This document shows, in pieces, positions 26,567 to 36,911 of a stretch of DNA of 64,000 nt; the first letter of the stretch is position 1; every line of letters starts with the position of its first letter. Both the position numbers and the translations under genes were made by a program. The stretch covers positions 186,001 to 250,000 of the IMG/VR virus record IMGVR_UViG_3300032782_000001. One strand, given 5' to 3'. The notes beneath the pieces were generated by a model. It made no database searches. It saw nothing but the letters and a program-made list of their open reading frames with translations, and was not told the origin of the DNA.

Positions 26567-27891
26567 TAGCTGTAAAGAACCTCAAGCTGCGCGAGCTTGC
26601 ACGTGCAACCATCTCCAGCGCCCGCAGGATTGGGGGTGAAGACTTGAAGTTGGACCTCGTAAGTTCTCAAAGCGTTTTTAATATTCCCAGCAGCACCGCC
26701 TACGGTGAGAGTCCCGGAAATAAGACGAGAAGGTGTCGTGGATGCCACAGACAACGCCGTCCCGGTAACATCTTCTGCGTCGTCTACGTTAAATAATTTC
26801 ACCTGGGCAGTAACGCCAGGGGTTCCTTCCAACACCGCTCGGAACTTGATTGTCCTCGTGAATCCTGAAGATCCAGCTCCAGCGGCAATTACGGAAGGAT
26901 CGAAAACAATGCAACCAATACCTTTATAAGTATTGGAGCCTGTGCCGGAATTAGACTGAGACCCTGTGACACCTGGGAAAGTGAAAATTGCAGGGACAGT
27001 AGCCAGGGAAGAAGGAGTCCATTGTGCTCCGTCCCAAAGAACCACATTGCCGGTTGATGGAGCCGCAGAATTAAAATTCCTACCTTGAATTTTTACAACG
27101 GTGTTAGACCCTATAGTCCCGGTTACATCTCCAGAAAGAGTCAAATTCAAAGTAGTGGGGGCCCATTTGGAACCATCCCATTCCAAAACTTGACTGGAGG
27201 TAGGAGCTGTCGAATCGACCGCCCTACCTTGAAGCTTGATAACAGTTGCACTAGCAATAGTCCCGGAAAGGTCTCCTCCTACTGCAGGATTGGTTGGAGT
27301 CCAAGCCGAACCATTCCACTCCAGGATATCTCCTGAAGACGGAGAACTTGCGCTTATTGGGTGGGATTGTAATCCCACTACCACTGCATCGTTGAGAGGC
27401 CCGGAAAGATCCCCACCAGCGCCTGCCGAAGTATTTAAGACGACATCCCAAATGTCTTCAATAACGTAAAGCCACGCATCCAGTTCTGTCATGGCTCCAC
27501 GGGAGCCCGTTTCAGATCCTTCAGTATAAGCAGGATGACGGCGGGGAAGCGTAGCAGTAGCTGCAATGACCGGATCGCCGGGGTTCCTGGCGTAGAACCA
27601 TAGTTCTGAAATTTTGTTGAGACCTACTCCACCATCAGCAATAAACCGGACTTTATACGTACCCTTGAAAGTAGGAGTGATGGTAACAGCAGGAAGCGTC
27701 AAAGGTGGAACTAAATTATCCCCAGATTCTATTAAACTGTGATCGACAGGACGACTAATTAACTGCCATTCATAAATACCGAAAGCAGACGTCAGAGAAA
27801 AGGTCACGGGGGTCCCCGTAACCACATCGTAGTTCGGGACTCCGGTGGTGACCGACAGACCCTGAGTTATGACGATGACCGGGCCTGGCAT
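26566..27891 (-). CDS. Fibre protein with three GGDL/W repeats and a C-terminal domain shared with the collagen-like protein
   Basis: Three (A/V/L)(G/S)GD(L/V)(S/T)G...V..(L/I)Q...P..G..L.W.G..W.P repeats; C-terminal FPGV.G.Q...GIG.I..DP...AV(L/I)E.TP...YEVQL...TCKLAQ. Confidence 0.7.
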   Translation of the reverse strand: MPGPVIVITQGLSVTTGVPNYDVVTGTPVTFSLTSAFGIYEWQLISRPVDHSLIESGDNLVPPLTLPAVTITPTFKGTYKVRFIADGGVGLNKISELWFYARNPGDPVIAATATLPRRHPAYTEGSETGSRGAMTELDAWLYVIEDIWDVVLNTSAGAGGDLSGPLNDAVVVGLQSHPISASSPSSGDILEWNGSAWTPTNPAVGGDLSGTIASATVIKLQGRAVDSTAPTSSQVLEWDGSKWAPTTLNLTLSGDVTGTIGSNTVVKIQGRNFNSAAPSTGNVVLWDGAQWTPSSLATVPAIFTFPGVTGSQSNSGTGSNTYKGIGCIVFDPSVIAAGAGSSGFTRTIKFRAVLEGTPGVTAQVKLFNVDDAEDVTGTALSVASTTPSRLISGTLTVGGAAGNIKNALRTYEVQLQVFTPNPAGAGDGCTCKLAQLEVLYS

Positions 27892-27924
27892 TCTTCCCGG
27901 ATCGTCCGATTAGGCTCTTAGGGA

Positions 27925-30900
27925 TCAGTTGAGAATAATAAGTTGTAGAGAATTGCGTTTGAGATCCCGCACCAATCGATAAGTGTGGAAGTTTCCATCT
28001 TCCCAGTCAAAAGGACGACGGAACAAAGTTTTGCCTGAATTTAGATCTTGAACTTTGACGAAACGAAATGAACCAAGCTTTTCAAAGCCGATACCAGCTG
28101 TAAAGCCGAAAGGTCCGGCAATTCCGGAAAAACCAACATAGATTCCTGAGTCCAAATTAGTGGATGGAGAGAATACGGAATTGATTCGAATGGAAAGAGT
28201 CATTTCAAACTTGACGGAAATAGAATCAGGGAGCCCCGAGCGGCTCTCATATGCCGTTCTCGTAGTTCCAATAGTTCCGTAACGCATGAAGTCTATTGGA
28301 CCTGCACTCATCATGGTGACGGACACAGAAGAGGGATCGTCTGACAAAATGAACCAGGGCGTGTATTGAGGAACGTCTAGTCCCAACAAGAAAATGGCTG
28401 AACCACTAAGAATCATTACTTTGGACGAGGGACCAGACGTCGGGCTAATAAGCCTAATGCGTCCATCGATCTCAGATGAGGCAAGAGATGAAGGGAGTCC
28501 CGGCGCAGAGTTGATTCGTGAAACAACAGCCCCCGAAGTCGTATCACCCGCTTGGAAAGTCACGAGAACAGGATCCGCTTGATCTACCTGAATCGTGATG
28601 GTTTCTCCTCCTACGATATTGAACGGCGGGGTCAGATTCCCAACAAGCTGAGCATTCTCAGGAAGAGCCGCACCAGTGAAAGTAAGCGTCTGATCTTGTT
28701 GCGCTTTAAATCCATCAATATGCCACGTTTCATCATCCGAGAACGGTGAAACGTGACCAGGTTCCCCCGTCGGAGTCCGGAAGAATTTCATTCCTTCATA
28801 CAAAACACGTGATGGCGGATCTAGTCTAATGAACACGGTTCCGCCGTGAACACCAGGCTGGACTCTATGAAGTTCATACTTTGTCCTAATCTCATTAAGT
28901 AAATCCACCGCCGTAATCAAATCCACAGCATCGGGGGATGTGACTACATTCACAGTGTCATCTGTTACGTGCACGTCATCTGCCGTCCGATGAATGTTAA
29001 ATTTGAGTTTAAGCTGATTGGTGGTAAGAATAAGACTGGCAAGATCAGAAGGTGGGGGCAAGAACACATGATCTTGAATGTCTTCCGTCACGTGGGTTCG
29101 AGGTCGAACCAAATGCATGTTGAATTGATTCAACAGATCAGCAGCAAGGGTCAAAGCAGTAACGGTCGGTCCATCGATAGAGCTGACTGACAGCACGGGG
29201 GAGAAGCCAAAATGATAAAGGTTTCCAACTCTATGAAGGTTATACTCTGACTTGAGCTCATTGAGAAGTGTAATCGCGGTATTCAAGTCAAATGCATCTG
29301 GAGATACAACAGCATATCTAATGTCAAGATCTTCATGCAGTTCCACTTGGGACTCGATGAGTGTCCTGTGCCGATTGAATTTCAGCTTCATATCATTGAT
29401 CAATCCAATAATGGATGGCAAATCCAAAACTGGTTGACCTGCGACAATTCGAGTGAAGGAACTTGGAGAAGAATCCGGAGTCGCATAAGGAGCAGATGCA
29501 GTAAAGAATCCGGCACCTACAGCAATAACGACCCTGAACGATCCAGCATTTGGACCCGTGAGAAATTCGATAGAGTTCCCGATTCCCAAAGGAATGGTCG
29601 GATTTTCGACAGTAACCAGATCAGCTTGGACCGATCCATACCCCAGACCCGGAATCCGTAGAATCGTTTCAGCATCGAGAATGTCAGAGAAGAAATGGAA
29701 TGATGTGGCCAATACGTGGGCACTCATTTGAACTCGAACTTCGTCAGCGAGAATCGCCAGACTAGTAATATCGGAAGCGTCAGCTGCCGTCACGATATTT
29801 GTGACATCAGGCGTGATGTGGAGCGGGCCGCCGTTCCTATGACCTGTGTACTGAACAATCAAGTCATCTGCCAGTACGACAGCTGAATCAATATCAGTCG
29901 CATCGGCGGATGTAACTATGTCTTGGTTGTCATCGAAATCATGAATACCAGGTTGAGTCCTGTGGGCGTTAAATTTAGCTTTCAGTTCATTGAGTAGTGC
30001 GATGGCCGACGACAGATCTAAAGCTGCTGGAAGAATCGAAGCGTTTACGAGATCATTGGATACATGCAAACCTGGCTGCACGCGATGTGAATTATACTTA
30101 GATTGAACATCATTTGCAATAGAAATAACATCAGAAATAGCATCGGAAACTGTTGTAGCTGATGGTTCAGTAACAACGTCATCAATATCATCTTCAAGGT
30201 CAGAAATGAATCCTTTAGTATTAACAAGATCTACGGACGGAATATTTTCTACGGGAGTAACGACACGAGTTAGCCCTCCCCTAGACTCAAGATTTTGAGT
30301 CTTCGGGACTGGCGGAGTGCCTTCGCCGAGAATAGTAAAAGCAGCAACATCCGCATCGCTCATGAAATCGTCCAGAGGAGTGCCACCAGAATAAATCCGG
30401 AAGCCAAAATGTTGATGAGTCTTGGCAGTAAAAAGATGATCGGGAGACGCTACAGCATTTGCCCGATTAGTAACTTGACCGGGAGAAATAAGTCGATCGC
30501 TCAAAGTGAGTTTGCCGATGGAATACTTAATGAAATCCCATCGAGTCCGGACGATCTCTTGCGGATTGAAACTACCGAAGGCTACGGCTTGATGGCCGCT
30601 TGTGATTCCTTTCAAAAAACTTGTGGAGGATGATGGAAGTCGCAAAGAGTCGTAATTTGTGCTGATTACAGGAACTTGTCCCCCATCCACATAAACGGAA
30701 ACGGCAGACACGGGGTCACGAACAATTCGATAAGTGTGGAGCGCTGTCCAATCAACTTGATATAAATAGTATGAGTCGAGAATCGTAGGATCTCCACCCA
30801 TGAAAATTCCCACGAATCTACGACTAGAAGCGCTGGGATCAGAAATCTTACTATCACGGAAAACTGTCACAGTATTCCAATCCACCACAGACATGGCAGA

Positions 30901-33900
30901 ACGCATGTCACTTCCGTTTACTGGAGCACTTCCGGATCCAAACGACAAAGAAGGACCTGCCAATCCAGTATTTAATCCAGAATAAGTCGGTGACGGTTGT
31001 CCCGATAACGGACTAAGAAGAGATCCGTCTGCGAGGACAAAAATGGAATCGGCGTTCTTGGACGTGTAGACATCATAAGAGTGAGTTTGCCCGTCTCCCC
31101 AGTTGAAAGCGTACTGAGCTTTCACGTCCAAAGAACCGGTAGACGTATTGAAAGACACAAGATTTAGGTATTTATTGTTGGTTATCGGATCAATAGCAGT
31201 CTGCAGTTCTAAAGACTTACCGGAAGGGCCTTCATCAACGGATACTAAAGCACCACAGAAATGATATGTATTGTACGGGGGCGCCGCCGGGATACTATCA
31301 CCAGGCACGAATGAAAGAACTGCGAATCTGCAGTCCATCTTCCAATCCACAGATGAATTGAATGCTTGATTTGTAACTACAGGATCAGCAAGATTAAATA
31401 CAACATAATCAGAAACGTCTGAATCGGTCAGACGCATAGTCCGACCAAGCATTTCAGAAGACTGGGTACCGGCTCTAGTCCAAACTGGGCTATCGAGGTC
31501 AGGAAGATTCTCGCCGAACCAACTTACTCTTGGTTCCGGATTCGAGTCCTTGCCTCGATAAACTCCAGGACTGAATCCAAGTTTGGACAGCGAACTCCCG
31601 GAAATGATCTGAATACTGGATTGAATACCAACATCTGAGCTAGTGAGGGTGACTCGGCCTCCTGCTGCAGAAGCTAAAGTGAAACCAGCTGCAGTATTGA
31701 TAGTCGAAGCCACATTCACGGCAGTGGAATCAGATGGTGAGAAATTCACAGTAAAGGGAGGAGCTCCATCCAGACTAATGACGATGGAGTCACCTGAAAC
31801 CATCGGAAACGGTTCGGTAGACGATCCTGTGATAGTAGCCGGAGATGGCGAAAATTGAAGGAAACAGAATTGAACTGAAAAATTTTCGTCGTCGAGGAAA
31901 ACCCCCGCAGCTCGATTATCCAGGCTATGGGTCCAAAAATCAATCGAAGCAGCGAATTCGAAACTACAGGCAGTGTTTACAGAAAGAATAGGTTCAAGTC
32001 GTAGACATCCTCTATACGCACCAGAGCTCAAGCCTAGAGCTTGAACACTAGCAGAAGGAGCTGACGCCGTGGAATCAATCGTCAAAATTCCTGAAGCTAC
32101 TCGTTCCACGCCTCCTTGGCCAACAGTGATCCAAGGAGCTTGAGGATCCAATTCCGGAAGAGTATCAGCTTCGTAATCTACTCTCTTATTATCCCCGATT
32201 AAGTTTGCATCCACAGGGCTCATGTTGGAACGAACGAAAGCCCAATTGCTAGTTGATGTTGAATTTCTACCAATTGACCCGAAGAAAATTTGTTGTAGTG
32301 GGTCGAATTGTCCATCCAAATCGCTAATGGATGGGAGTTCCGTAACCGACGCTGTAGTAATAGGTGAAAGCCCACCGCTCAAGAAGAGTGAAATATCTCC
32401 GTCAGAATCACGGAAAATACGGTAAGTGGTAAGAACAGTCCAATCGACGCTAGCAGCATTCCAACTTTCTTGGAATTCCGCGAATCCTCGATTAGTAAGA
32501 ATCCCGGCTTGGCGAACTTGGTTGACAACGTTAGTTACGTCATTGACGAAGTGAATTCCAGGTTGTGTTTCATGTGCATTGAGTTTAGTCCTAATTTCAT
32601 TCACAAGAGTAAGAGACGTGGGCAGGTCATCCGCATCCGGAGACACAATGGGGTCAATCGTGTCTGGGATAATATGAACACCACTGGCTCCACCTTTTGC
32701 CATGTGGAGGTTCATTTTAGATTTCAGGTCATTCAATAAGATGACCAAAGATACTAGATCTGTCGCATCAACGATAACGACTGTATCATCAGGATCGTTG
32801 GGGATATGAGATCCTAGATTCGTAAGGTGTGAATTAAATTTAGCCTTCGCATCATTGACCATCACAATAGCTGACGATAGATTAATAGCGTCAGTCAGAA
32901 TGAATCCAATAACAGCCACTTTCTGGCCATCAGAAACTCCGAAAGAAACCCCTGTGAAAACTCCATCATTGACAGATTCTTCTACGAACATACGGAATGC
33001 TGCCGACAAAATAGCCGGTGCCCGCATGTCAATAGTATGAGTAAAGAACGGAGGTTGACTCGACGGTCCAGTCTGAATATTGGAATCGACGATGGTCAGT
33101 TGATTCCCTCCGGGAGCGAGAATAAACGTACCGTCACCTTCAAGAGTCCAAGGGTTATGGGCATTTTGAGGGAGTGTGATCGGGTCGTATCGAATGGTAG
33201 TTTCGAAGAAAGTTTGGAATAGGACAGGATATGCAAGACGATTGGTAGGAACGTTCAAAAGAAGGGTGCTGGGATCATTCAGAACAGCGGAATACCTCCT
33301 TTCAAGGCCTTTATACTTCCAGCCAACTTTTTGCGGCTGATAGGGGGACGTGAAATCAGGACTGGTGACTGGGTCAATAAGAAAAGACCGAGATCGATAC
33401 CTGTGTTCTGGGAATCCAGCATACCCGCGATTCCCAGCCTGATTCAGATTGAATTCTGGAGAATTTAGTCTGAGTAACTTGGCCGGCGGATTATTCAAAA
33501 ATGCATAGTTGATCGAGACTATATCTGTGGGGCTCGGTTTATTTGTAAGAACAACTGCCCCGAGAAGTCCGAATACTGCATCAACCGCAGCAGGAGACCC
33601 ATTCACAATTACGTCTACGTCCGCAGAATCATCTGCAACCATTCCAGGCCGAGGATCTTTGAGAATCCAAGAAAAAGGTCCAGTAAGGGGGCCCGGATAT
33701 AGACCCGTAATTGGTTTTACTTCTGAAATCGTGACCCGATTAACGGAATCCCCGACTTGATGAGATTTAAGGTTTTGCCTATGAGATTCAAATTTCCTAC
33801 GTAAATCATTGACAAGAATAACCGCACTAGCCAATGACGTTGCCGCAGGCGATAGAATCACATCATCCGTATCCGCAACTTTGTGAACAGGCGGAACACC

Positions 33901-34413
33901 TGATACGTCCACTACGTGTAAATTAAATTGGGTACGAATATCATTTAACATGATGATAGCCGATGCCAGATCAACAGCAATCGGGCTAGTTACTATGTTC
34001 ACGGTATCATCGGTCCCGTGGACTCCGATGATAGTAGTCCCCTGAGTAATTTTCTGAATCCTGTGAGAGTTATACCGAGCTTTGAGCTCGTTGGTTAAAC
34101 CCACGACAAGATTAGTAGTGATCCCAACATCAGAAATATCAAAACTAGCGTTTTCAAGTTGAAGAAGTTGATTATTGATGGCCTTCTTAATGTAGAAGAC
34201 CCCGTCGTTGCGGCCTCCGGCACTTCCCGTGATTGCAATTTGCTGACCCACATTGAGGGAATTGAAACTGCCAGTCGGAATTGAAACCTGCGTTTCCGAC
34301 ATAATTCGGAGGTTACTTCCGGCCAATAAATCAGCTGGCCTCTTGACAATAGGGCCTCGATTGGTAAAGAGAGTCCTATCGAGAACAGAGCTGAGACCAG
34401 TAAAGGTGATCAT
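27925..34413 (-). CDS. Giant virion protein with 15 helix-His-loop-His repeats, lectin-like (ConA/LamG-type) domains and adaptor domains
   Basis: Repeats such as LNELKAKFNAHRTQPGIHDFDD; four (D/N)W...(H/T)(T/S)Y lectin-like segments; two adaptor-domain copies. Confidence 0.7.
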   Translation of the reverse strand: MITFTGLSSVLDRTLFTNRGPIVKRPADLLAGSNLRIMSETQVSIPTGSFNSLNVGQQIAITGSAGGRNDGVFYIKKAINNQLLQLENASFDISDVGITTNLVVGLTNELKARYNSHRIQKITQGTTIIGVHGTDDTVNIVTSPIAVDLASAIIMLNDIRTQFNLHVVDVSGVPPVHKVADTDDVILSPAATSLASAVILVNDLRRKFESHRQNLKSHQVGDSVNRVTISEVKPITGLYPGPLTGPFSWILKDPRPGMVADDSADVDVIVNGSPAAVDAVFGLLGAVVLTNKPSPTDIVSINYAFLNNPPAKLLRLNSPEFNLNQAGNRGYAGFPEHRYRSRSFLIDPVTSPDFTSPYQPQKVGWKYKGLERRYSAVLNDPSTLLLNVPTNRLAYPVLFQTFFETTIRYDPITLPQNAHNPWTLEGDGTFILAPGGNQLTIVDSNIQTGPSSQPPFFTHTIDMRAPAILSAAFRMFVEESVNDGVFTGVSFGVSDGQKVAVIGFILTDAINLSSAIVMVNDAKAKFNSHLTNLGSHIPNDPDDTVVIVDATDLVSLVILLNDLKSKMNLHMAKGGASGVHIIPDTIDPIVSPDADDLPTSLTLVNEIRTKLNAHETQPGIHFVNDVTNVVNQVRQAGILTNRGFAEFQESWNAASVDWTVLTTYRIFRDSDGDISLFLSGGLSPITTASVTELPSISDLDGQFDPLQQIFFGSIGRNSTSTSNWAFVRSNMSPVDANLIGDNKRVDYEADTLPELDPQAPWITVGQGGVERVASGILTIDSTASAPSASVQALGLSSGAYRGCLRLEPILSVNTACSFEFAASIDFWTHSLDNRAAGVFLDDENFSVQFCFLQFSPSPATITGSSTEPFPMVSGDSIVISLDGAPPFTVNFSPSDSTAVNVASTINTAAGFTLASAAGGRVTLTSSDVGIQSSIQIISGSSLSKLGFSPGVYRGKDSNPEPRVSWFGENLPDLDSPVWTRAGTQSSEMLGRTMRLTDSDVSDYVVFNLADPVVTNQAFNSSVDWKMDCRFAVLSFVPGDSIPAAPPYNTYHFCGALVSVDEGPSGKSLELQTAIDPITNNKYLNLVSFNTSTGSLDVKAQYAFNWGDGQTHSYDVYTSKNADSIFVLADGSLLSPLSGQPSPTYSGLNTGLAGPSLSFGSGSAPVNGSDMRSAMSVVDWNTVTVFRDSKISDPSASSRRFVGIFMGGDPTILDSYYLYQVDWTALHTYRIVRDPVSAVSVYVDGGQVPVISTNYDSLRLPSSSTSFLKGITSGHQAVAFGSFNPQEIVRTRWDFIKYSIGKLTLSDRLISPGQVTNRANAVASPDHLFTAKTHQHFGFRIYSGGTPLDDFMSDADVAAFTILGEGTPPVPKTQNLESRGGLTRVVTPVENIPSVDLVNTKGFISDLEDDIDDVVTEPSATTVSDAISDVISIANDVQSKYNSHRVQPGLHVSNDLVNASILPAALDLSSAIALLNELKAKFNAHRTQPGIHDFDDNQDIVTSADATDIDSAVVLADDLIVQYTGHRNGGPLHITPDVTNIVTAADASDITSLAILADEVRVQMSAHVLATSFHFFSDILDAETILRIPGLGYGSVQADLVTVENPTIPLGIGNSIEFLTGPNAGSFRVVIAVGAGFFTASAPYATPDSSPSSFTRIVAGQPVLDLPSIIGLINDMKLKFNRHRTLIESQVELHEDLDIRYAVVSPDAFDLNTAITLLNELKSEYNLHRVGNLYHFGFSPVLSVSSIDGPTVTALTLAADLLNQFNMHLVRPRTHVTEDIQDHVFLPPPSDLASLILTTNQLKLKFNIHRTADDVHVTDDTVNVVTSPDAVDLITAVDLLNEIRTKYELHRVQPGVHGGTVFIRLDPPSRVLYEGMKFFRTPTGEPGHVSPFSDDETWHIDGFKAQQDQTLTFTGAALPENAQLVGNLTPPFNIVGGETITIQVDQADPVLVTFQAGDTTSGAVVSRINSAPGLPSSLASSEIDGRIRLISPTSGPSSKVMILSGSAIFLLGLDVPQYTPWFILSDDPSSVSVTMMSAGPIDFMRYGTIGTTRTAYESRSGLPDSISVKFEMTLSIRINSVFSPSTNLDSGIYVGFSGIAGPFGFTAGIGFEKLGSFRFVKVQDLNSGKTLFRRPFDWEDGNFHTYRLVRDLKRNSLQLIILN

Positions 34414-36908
34414 GGAATTACCGCATTCCCTGCCGTATCAGTGAGACCAACGGCTTGAAGGGTATATGAGATGGGTTCCATGCTGGTTACTCGAATTGAC
34501 ACAACTTGCGGATCTCTCCAACTCATTTCTTTGACCACAATAGATCCACCTGTAAGGACTAAGTTAGATGAATCGAGTGGGACTTGATACATTGGCTTAG
34601 AAAAGTATACTTCTACAGTGTCGGCTTCCAGTCGAACACCGGCATCAGTGTCAACAATTCCAGGCCTAGGGAGTGCGGATGCCAAAGAGGGGGTGGACGC
34701 AACACCTTCAATGGGGAATTGGATCGATACTTGATGGTGATGATCTGCCCCTAAATGCCTACCATCAAATGTACCGGGGGTCAAATCACCATCGGAATTA
34801 TCATGATACACATCTTTGAAATTAGCAGAAAAAGTATACGTCATGCTATCGATCATTGAATCAGTCTCAATGATGATTCCATCAAAGAGTCGAGCTGAAT
34901 AAATACGCCATCCCGGTGCAGAATGAACTCCCAATTTAATATTGTGAGCCAAGAATTTCTTACGAATTTCGGCCACTAGCGCCACCAAAGTATCCATATC
35001 AGAAGCAATTGGTGCCTGGACGATATCGAAATCTGATTGGAAATGATAAAAATTACTCGACATATGATTGTTGAGATTGATAACAAATGAATTGACAGAT
35101 ATGATTGCATCTTCTAAAGTAGGAGAAACGGCGTAAACCGGATTATTCATGAAATCAATATTCTGGTGACCAGCTCCTGTATTAGGGAATCCTGAAACAT
35201 GTTGTGAGAATGCAAATGCAAGTTGATTGAATGCCCACATAACACCAGGGAGAGTAGCTGAAACTCTAACTGAATTAGACTCAACAATATTCCCACTAGA
35301 ATCCAGAAGTTTGACTGAACTGGAAGAGTCAAGAAGCGGTTCTCTATCGAAGAAGAGAGCTGCTGATTCATCCACTACTTCCTGATCGAAAATCTGAGTA
35401 ACCTGCGTATTGACTGCACGGGCAATAATGCTGCCTGTGTAATCACCAGGATTGGTCATACTACCGGCGTCATCACTTGTAAGCGTGGCTGCAATCGTAA
35501 CGGGTATTTCATTGGAATTCATGACTAGATGTAAATCCGCGTAATAAGTATAGGGGGTTTCCGCAGGGAACACTTGCGGAAACAAATCTGTGGACGCACT
35601 TAATTGAGTCCTGTCTAAAATTTCTGGTCCAATCTGGAATGGGTACCTAATAGAAAAAGGGACAGAATAAATAGGAGCCAAATGACCATTATAAGCCGGC
35701 TTCAAATTCTGGTTCATCACAGCCACGGCGAATCCGAGTTGACCATGAGGAACGGACAAGAATCCGAATGTGTTGTATAAGTCATTGTAAACATGAACAC
35801 CGGACGCCACAAAGTGAGATAGAACTTTCAGTTGTCCTTCATTCAAGATGTCGATACCGCTGTCTGTATCAACAGCGTCAGGTGATGTGACCGTATCAGT
35901 AGGATCATTGTTGACATGTATTCCGGCTGCCACCAGATGAGCATTGAATTTTGCCTTGAAGTCATTCATGAGAGTGACAAATGTGGGCTCATCAATTGCG
36001 TCGGGGGCTGTAATTAGATCAACCGTATCTGTATGGACGTGCGGACCTTGCTGAGTCACTGACCAATTCGTTTGAGTTCGAGCATCTCCAACTGGTCCGT
36101 TGAAATAAACACGAACAGTGCCAGTCATGATGAAATCGTTACTAACATCTGCTACGTATGCATCAATAATCTGAAGTTGAGTAATTTTTGTGTAGTCATA
36201 CGGAAGAGGAGACCTTAAAACTAGGTCTAAATCAGTGCTACCAGTAGCCGAATTGAAAGACTGGTCTACGACACCTGAGAAGTCAATCGCATAGGAATTA
36301 GCCGCCGCCATTCCTGGAGGAAGTGCAAATCTCAAAGAGGATTCAGGTAGAACGAGTTCCGAAGACCAAACTTGAAGCGTCATAGCGACGCCTCCGCCAC
36401 CATTCGAATCTCTGATTGTTGCTGTTGCAGCAGGAGAAGTGGGTCCTACGGATCGATCAAAAACAATATCCACACAACCACGACGGGACAGATAAGCTCC
36501 GAGAACATGAGGAGGGTCAATAACATTAGCAGTAAAATTGCGAGCTGCCCCAGAAACTCCTTCGCCTGCAGCATCTTCCACACCAAACACTTGAACGGAA
36601 TAAGCCGTACCTGAGGTAAGGCTGAGAGAAAGGTTCAAAACAACAGAGCGTCGAGTTTCATCATAAAACTCGACTGAAAGAATGGCTGGAACTATGGCTG
36701 TCCCTGGAGGAGCCAAAGACGACATGAAATACATACCAACAGGGAGTGCTGAATCTGTAACAGGAACGTCGAATACAATTCGGACTTTCCGGGCACCAAT
36801 CTGATGGGCCGTAAACCCGAACGTGCCGAGACCGAATGAATCAACAATCCCGAGAACGATGTTCCCGAGTTGACTGTTCGGAGTGCCGAGCCTTCCAGTA
36901 AAGGGCAT
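34410..36908 (-). CDS. Virion protein with Ig-like (Big-type) domains and 6 helix-His-loop-His repeats
   Basis: V.I.FD.PV...Y...V.GV.D.AG Ig-like segments at both ends; two His-repeat triplets; ATGA overlap with the 2162-aa gene. Confidence 0.7.
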   Translation of the reverse strand: MPFTGRLGTPNSQLGNIVLGIVDSFGLGTFGFTAHQIGARKVRIVFDVPVTDSALPVGMYFMSSLAPPGTAIVPAILSVEFYDETRRSVVLNLSLSLTSGTAYSVQVFGVEDAAGEGVSGAARNFTANVIDPPHVLGAYLSRRGCVDIVFDRSVGPTSPAATATIRDSNGGGGVAMTLQVWSSELVLPESSLRFALPPGMAAANSYAIDFSGVVDQSFNSATGSTDLDLVLRSPLPYDYTKITQLQIIDAYVADVSNDFIMTGTVRVYFNGPVGDARTQTNWSVTQQGPHVHTDTVDLITAPDAIDEPTFVTLMNDFKAKFNAHLVAAGIHVNNDPTDTVTSPDAVDTDSGIDILNEGQLKVLSHFVASGVHVYNDLYNTFGFLSVPHGQLGFAVAVMNQNLKPAYNGHLAPIYSVPFSIRYPFQIGPEILDRTQLSASTDLFPQVFPAETPYTYYADLHLVMNSNEIPVTIAATLTSDDAGSMTNPGDYTGSIIARAVNTQVTQIFDQEVVDESAALFFDREPLLDSSSSVKLLDSSGNIVESNSVRVSATLPGVMWAFNQLAFAFSQHVSGFPNTGAGHQNIDFMNNPVYAVSPTLEDAIISVNSFVINLNNHMSSNFYHFQSDFDIVQAPIASDMDTLVALVAEIRKKFLAHNIKLGVHSAPGWRIYSARLFDGIIIETDSMIDSMTYTFSANFKDVYHDNSDGDLTPGTFDGRHLGADHHHQVSIQFPIEGVASTPSLASALPRPGIVDTDAGVRLEADTVEVYFSKPMYQVPLDSSNLVLTGGSIVVKEMSWRDPQVVSIRVTSMEPISYTLQAVGLTDTAGNAVIP

Positions 36909-36911
36909 GAA

